Source: the human T2T-CHM13v2.0 reference genome, Homo sapiens. From it: 64,000 bases of DNA. The first letter of the stretch is position 1; each line of letters opens with the position of its first letter. Below the pieces are notes generated by a model, which saw only the letters and a list, made by a program, of their open reading frames with translations, did no database searches and was not told the DNA's origin. Shown here piece by piece: positions 59,092 through 64,000 of the stretch. The stretch lies in assembly GCF_009914755.1 (NCBI RefSeq), contig NC_060932.1; one strand, given 5' to 3'. A program made the position numbers and the translations under genes.

Positions 59092-60540
59092 TTAACAGAG
59101 GTGCTACACAATATGCTGGAATGTGTCCAAAGTGGATCAAAGGATTCTTGCTGCAGGAAAGTGCATTCTGCTATGGAAAGTTTTAATAAAGCAGAGGTTG
59201 TTCCTCTGCTTTATTAAACTGTCTAATAAGCACACATCTAATTTAATAGAAATAAGTGTAAGACATATGTAGCTTTGGAAAGAAACTGTCTAATTTAATA
59301 GAAATAAGTAAGACATAGGTAGAGAAACTAAACATATGTAGAAATTGGAATATCAACCTTAAAATGGTTACTACCACAATTACAAGAAAGCAATTCAGTA
59401 ATTGTAATAGTAATCAAATCTTCTGTGTATTGTAGTCATTTATGCAAATAGAGTTGGCTGTATATAAGCACAAATCAATACAAATGACTACATGATGGCG
59501 GGATTTATTTAGTAGAGGCCAAATTACTGAAATATCTAGCATAAAGGGAAAAAAAAATCCATAAATATGTATGTACCTGCTATATCAAGAGAAATGCTAT
59601 GAAACAACTAAAGGAAATGTGGAGGAAATATTTAGTTCTAATATGTTTAACAATACCATCCCAAGAGAGAATAAATGAAGGTGCTGCTGGTGCCTGAGTG
59701 GGATTTTAAAGGACAAATCTGGGTTTCCAGAAGGAAAGAGAAAAGACATGGAGACTTTTATCAACAAAACAGGTTTGGGTGAGGCATGCTAGAACCCCAA
59801 AGTGTGGAATGATTAGTCAAAGTAGAAAAAACTGGCACTCATAGTTGGCAGACAGTCCAAAATACAGTGCCAATAGGGGAGTGTCAAATTCCGGGTTAAT
59901 TTAAGCTACTTCAATTCATGGTGACTTGATAAGTTGTAGCATTATAGCAGAGGGATCCAGGCTGCAGTAAAATTCAAAGTCAGTGGGGAACAGGGTCATA
60001 TTTTAGTGGTTTGCTTGGTTTTCTGTAAGACCCTAAGCAACAGCAATTGAAATAAGAACAATGTGCAACCCTAAGGGAGGAGCAATTGGAAGGGGCTAGG
60101 AAGGCTGGCTGGCAAAAGCCCAATGAAGCAAGTTTGTTTTCAAGGAATAGTGTGGAAACTGAAAAACATATGGTTGTCCCTGCGTCCATCTAGACACCCT
60201 GAATGCTGGTTTTATAACAGCATACTACATTTTGTGCACACTTCCAGATGGAGCCCCTAATATGCTGTCTTGGCAGGATGCCTTTGAGTTGGGCCTGGAT
60301 GTGATTGTATATGCTAAGAGTATTGCTAGAGATAAGAATAACTCCGTCAGACAAAGACTGAGGGGGAATGGACAGTCATGCCATATTTAGGGAAAGGGAT
60401 ATTAATTTCATATTCAAACCTAAATACCTGCCTACTGTCATCTTAAATTGTAAGTATCTTCCAAGATACTTACAATTTAAGATATCACCTTTTAAATTTA
60501 ATTGTAAATAAGTATCTTAAATTTAAAACATCTAAACTTA

Positions 60541-60864
<324 letters not shown>

Positions 60865-61385
60865 CTAAGCCGTGCTATTCTGCCTGAAACTAGTTCCTCC
60901 CTATCTTTATTTCAGGTAGGCGCACCCACTTGCTCAAGCCAGAAGTTTAGGAGTCATTCTTGATACACCTGCTTCCCTTACCCCTTTCATGCAATCTCTC
61001 GCCAAGCCTTATAAATTTTACCTACAAAGTACTGCTGGTCTCCCTTCCCTTCCACCTCCACTGCCCCACAGAGTTCAAGCCACCAAGTTCTCTGGACTAG
61101 ATGATAGCCTGATAGGTTCTCCACTTCTCCTTCTCATCTTTCCCCAACACAGTCTCCATCGAGCAGCTTGATCATTTAAAATTGTAAGTCTGGTCAAATT
61201 ACTCATCTGCTTAAAATAACCTCAAGCCTCCAATTGCTCTTAGCATAGCATTAAAATTCCCCACTATGGCTTCTGATGCTCTGCTGTTCTGCAAGATCTG
61301 GCCCTGGCTCCCTCTCCAAACTGCTTGTCAGTCACTCTTCCCTGCTTCAGGCACACTGATAATTTTCAGTTCTTTAATCACACCA
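60865..61385 (+). mobile_element. L2 fragment
   Basis: ttgctcaagccagaa...ggagtcattcttga...ctgcttaaaa...gatctggccct. Confidence 0.8.
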
Positions 61386-61929
61386 AGTTTTTTTTTTTTT
61401 TTAATCAATTTAGGGCCACTTAATCTGGAATTTTTCATCATACTTCTAGGCCAAAAGAGAGACCTAGCAGTGTTATTTATTAAATAGTTATGAGCAGAGA
61501 ACTTGGTATTTATTTGTCCTAACAACTTATTAGCTATTTTTAAAAAACACATAAATTGAAGAACATTTTAATTTCATTCTTAACTAATCACATTTATTAA
61601 TATGATGTCTGCATCCCTTGCTTATAGCGCAGACTCTCAAGCTTTGGAATCAGATTGGATACTGCCATACTCATTTTCTGTTCCACATTGTTTCTTTTCA
61701 GAGGGACGTGCTTTTTATCAGAGCAAAATATGCTTAAATCATGCTTAAAATATGCTTTGCAAAGATATGACTTCATAAAAAAATGTAGTGTGATCTAGCT
61801 CACCTTGTATCCAAAGGATATTGAGTATCTCTGGATTTCTCTCTGAAAAATTTAAGACATCTCAAAGCACCCCAGGGAGTTCACTGCAGGGCCCCAGGGT
61901 TCCTTGGAACACAGTTTGGGAACCATAGC

Positions 61930-63400
61930 TTTGGAGGGTTTTAGGGAAACGTGATCTGATTTGAGTTAGATTTTAACAGATTTACTTTGGCTTTGTGGAG
62001 AAAAAAACTGAAGAGGACGAAGGTAGATGTGTGAAGATCAGTTAACAGGCTACCACAGTAATTGAGAGCCAATGGTGAGAGCTAATGGTGGCCTAGACTG
62101 GAGTGGTAATAGTTGGGCAATGAGAAGGAGTGCTGCATAGATATGTTGAAGATAGAGCTTGCAAGATTCGCTGATAGATTGGATTACAGTTGTGGAGGAC
62201 AGATCAAGGATAACTCTGAATTTATTGGTTTGATAACTGGAAGGATAGACTAACAATTTTAATAGGGGTAGGGGAAAAATAGGAACAGTTTTTACATGTT
62301 AAATTTGAAGGCGCTGATTAGATATCCAAGTAAAAACGTTAAATAGGAAGCCAGGGTCTGGTGTGCAGGTGAGAGTTCTGATCTAGAGATACGTACATTT
62401 GTGAATCATCACTATGTATTTGCAGGCAGGAGACTGAGTGACATCTCCAAGGGAGTTGGCTATAGAGAGGAGATATTCAAGACAAATGACAGCAGATTTA
62501 TGCACTGCTGGGAGAGACTCAGATAGAGGGGAATAGATGCTGCTGCTGAAAGGGAAGAATTACTCAATAAGGAATCACGGACTCTAATCCATAGCCCTAG
62601 TTAAGGGCTGGCATTAGGAACACAGACAGCTTATACATAGGAATAGGGAAAAGAGTAGAGGATATGGGGATTAATGAAGGTAGGTATTTATATATGAAGA
62701 TTATCAAAGTTCTCTTTTTATTGTTTCTGTCTTCTCAGTGAAATAGAAGCAAAGCCATCAGCTGAGAGGGACAGCAGTAGAGAAGGAGTTGGAAGTTTGA
62801 GGAGAAAGGAGAAGGGATAGAATAGCTGTCTTAGAGAGTGGAAGATCAAATGGAATAGGTTAATCATATCATTGGCGAGCATCATTGCTTACTGGAGCTT
62901 AGTGATCATGAGTCATGAATTAAAGTGAGAACACTTAGCATGGTTAAATGGTTTCTGAGCCAGGTTCAGCTTCCCTGGTTCAAGTGTGGAACAGATAAGC
63001 AGCTAGATTTAACCACTGTGACATAAGTTCAAAGTGTGATGAAGAAAGAGAGGGCAAGGGGTTTGAGGGCTTATTTGAGAGAGAGAGTATAATGATTGAT
63101 CCTAGATTTTAAGTGGGTAAGTTCAGTGAAGATATGAGAGGCAAGAGTCAATGAACAGGCAGTGCAATCAGTAGGGCCTGGAGGGTTCCAAGGATGGTTA
63201 CAATAAAGCTGCTAGGTTCACTGCAGCACAGAGAGTAGGTTCTTGGAATTGAGATTATACAGAGGTTGTAATTATTGGAAATTACAAGGTGGAGGTACCT
63301 ATGGAGTGAATAGCCAAAGCAGGGTGTTAAACAAGATAGTGGGAGGAGGGGAGGTCAAGGAACTGTGGAACCCGGGGGCTGGACTGATCATTTACATTCA
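61930..63400 (-). mobile_element. L2 long fragment
   Basis: gagggttttag...tgatctgattt...atggtggcct...gttaaatttgaag...agatatccaagt. Confidence 0.8.
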
Positions 63401-63449
63401 CCAGTATTTGCTTTTATGATCTCTGGCATTCTGAGTTGTTCTTAGGCCC

Positions 63450-64000
63450 TATACACACACATACCGTAAAATAATTTTTCTATGTTTTCTTCTGTTACTT
63501 TGAGAGTTTCATTTTTTTATATTTAATTATTTCATCTCTTGGACAATTTTCTTAGAACATGATTTGAGATATTGATATAACCTGATTTTTTTTTTCAGAT
63601 GCATACCTAGTTGTCTTAAAATCATCTGTTGAATAGTTTATCTTTTTACCACTGGTTTGTGATAATGTTTTGTCATAAATTAAAATTACATAATTATTTG
63701 GGCCTACCTGTGGACTTACTGTTCTATTTTTTTTTGGTCTGTTATTTACATACAAGCACCATACTCTTTAAATTACGGTGGTGTTTTAATATGTTTCAGT
63801 ATTTGTTGGGCTAATTCATCTTCATTACTCTTCTTTTTCAGTGGTTTCTCACCTATATGTATATTTTTCCATATACTTTGGAATCTGCTTATCTATAAAA
63901 AACTATTAGTATTTTTAATTGTTGTATTTCATATATACATTAAGTAAAAATAATAAAAACATCTTTGTGATTTGGAGACTTTCTCTTCAAGACCTGTCCA
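63450..64000 (-). mobile_element. Old L1M ORF2 fragment (runs off window)
   Basis: ttttctatgttttcttct, catctgttgaatag, ttcattactcttctttttca. Confidence 0.7.

Overview
AT-rich, CpG-poor primate (most likely human) non-coding DNA, intergenic or deep intronic. Evidence: Alu (J, S, Y, FLAM), L1 (PA, PB, M), L2, MIR, MaLR/ERV solo LTRs and Tigger/hAT fossils occupy much of the window. I found no protein-coding exon, CpG island, tRNA or CRISPR-like array. All supplied ORFs are explained by Alu, L1, low-complexity sequence or chance. I could not name the locus and see no convincing new biological system. The most noteworthy items are structural: a direct+inverted triplication around an AT-rich core (18.26-18.87 kb), an Alu with a 5' inversion inside one TSD pair (12.8 kb), an L1PA twin-priming insertion with a tiny forward part (24.2 kb), a templated insertion (20.95 to 21.67 kb), several perfect DNA hairpins, a 5S rRNA/L1 junction and a young AluY with partial Ya5 diagnostics. 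There is also a hairpin- and motif-dense unique island at 16.9-17.3 kb next to a 445-bp polypyrimidine microsatellite, plus candidate minus-strand non-coding exons. Repeat subfamily names come from recalled consensus sequences and need RepeatMasker/Dfam confirmation; boundaries of old repeats are approximate.
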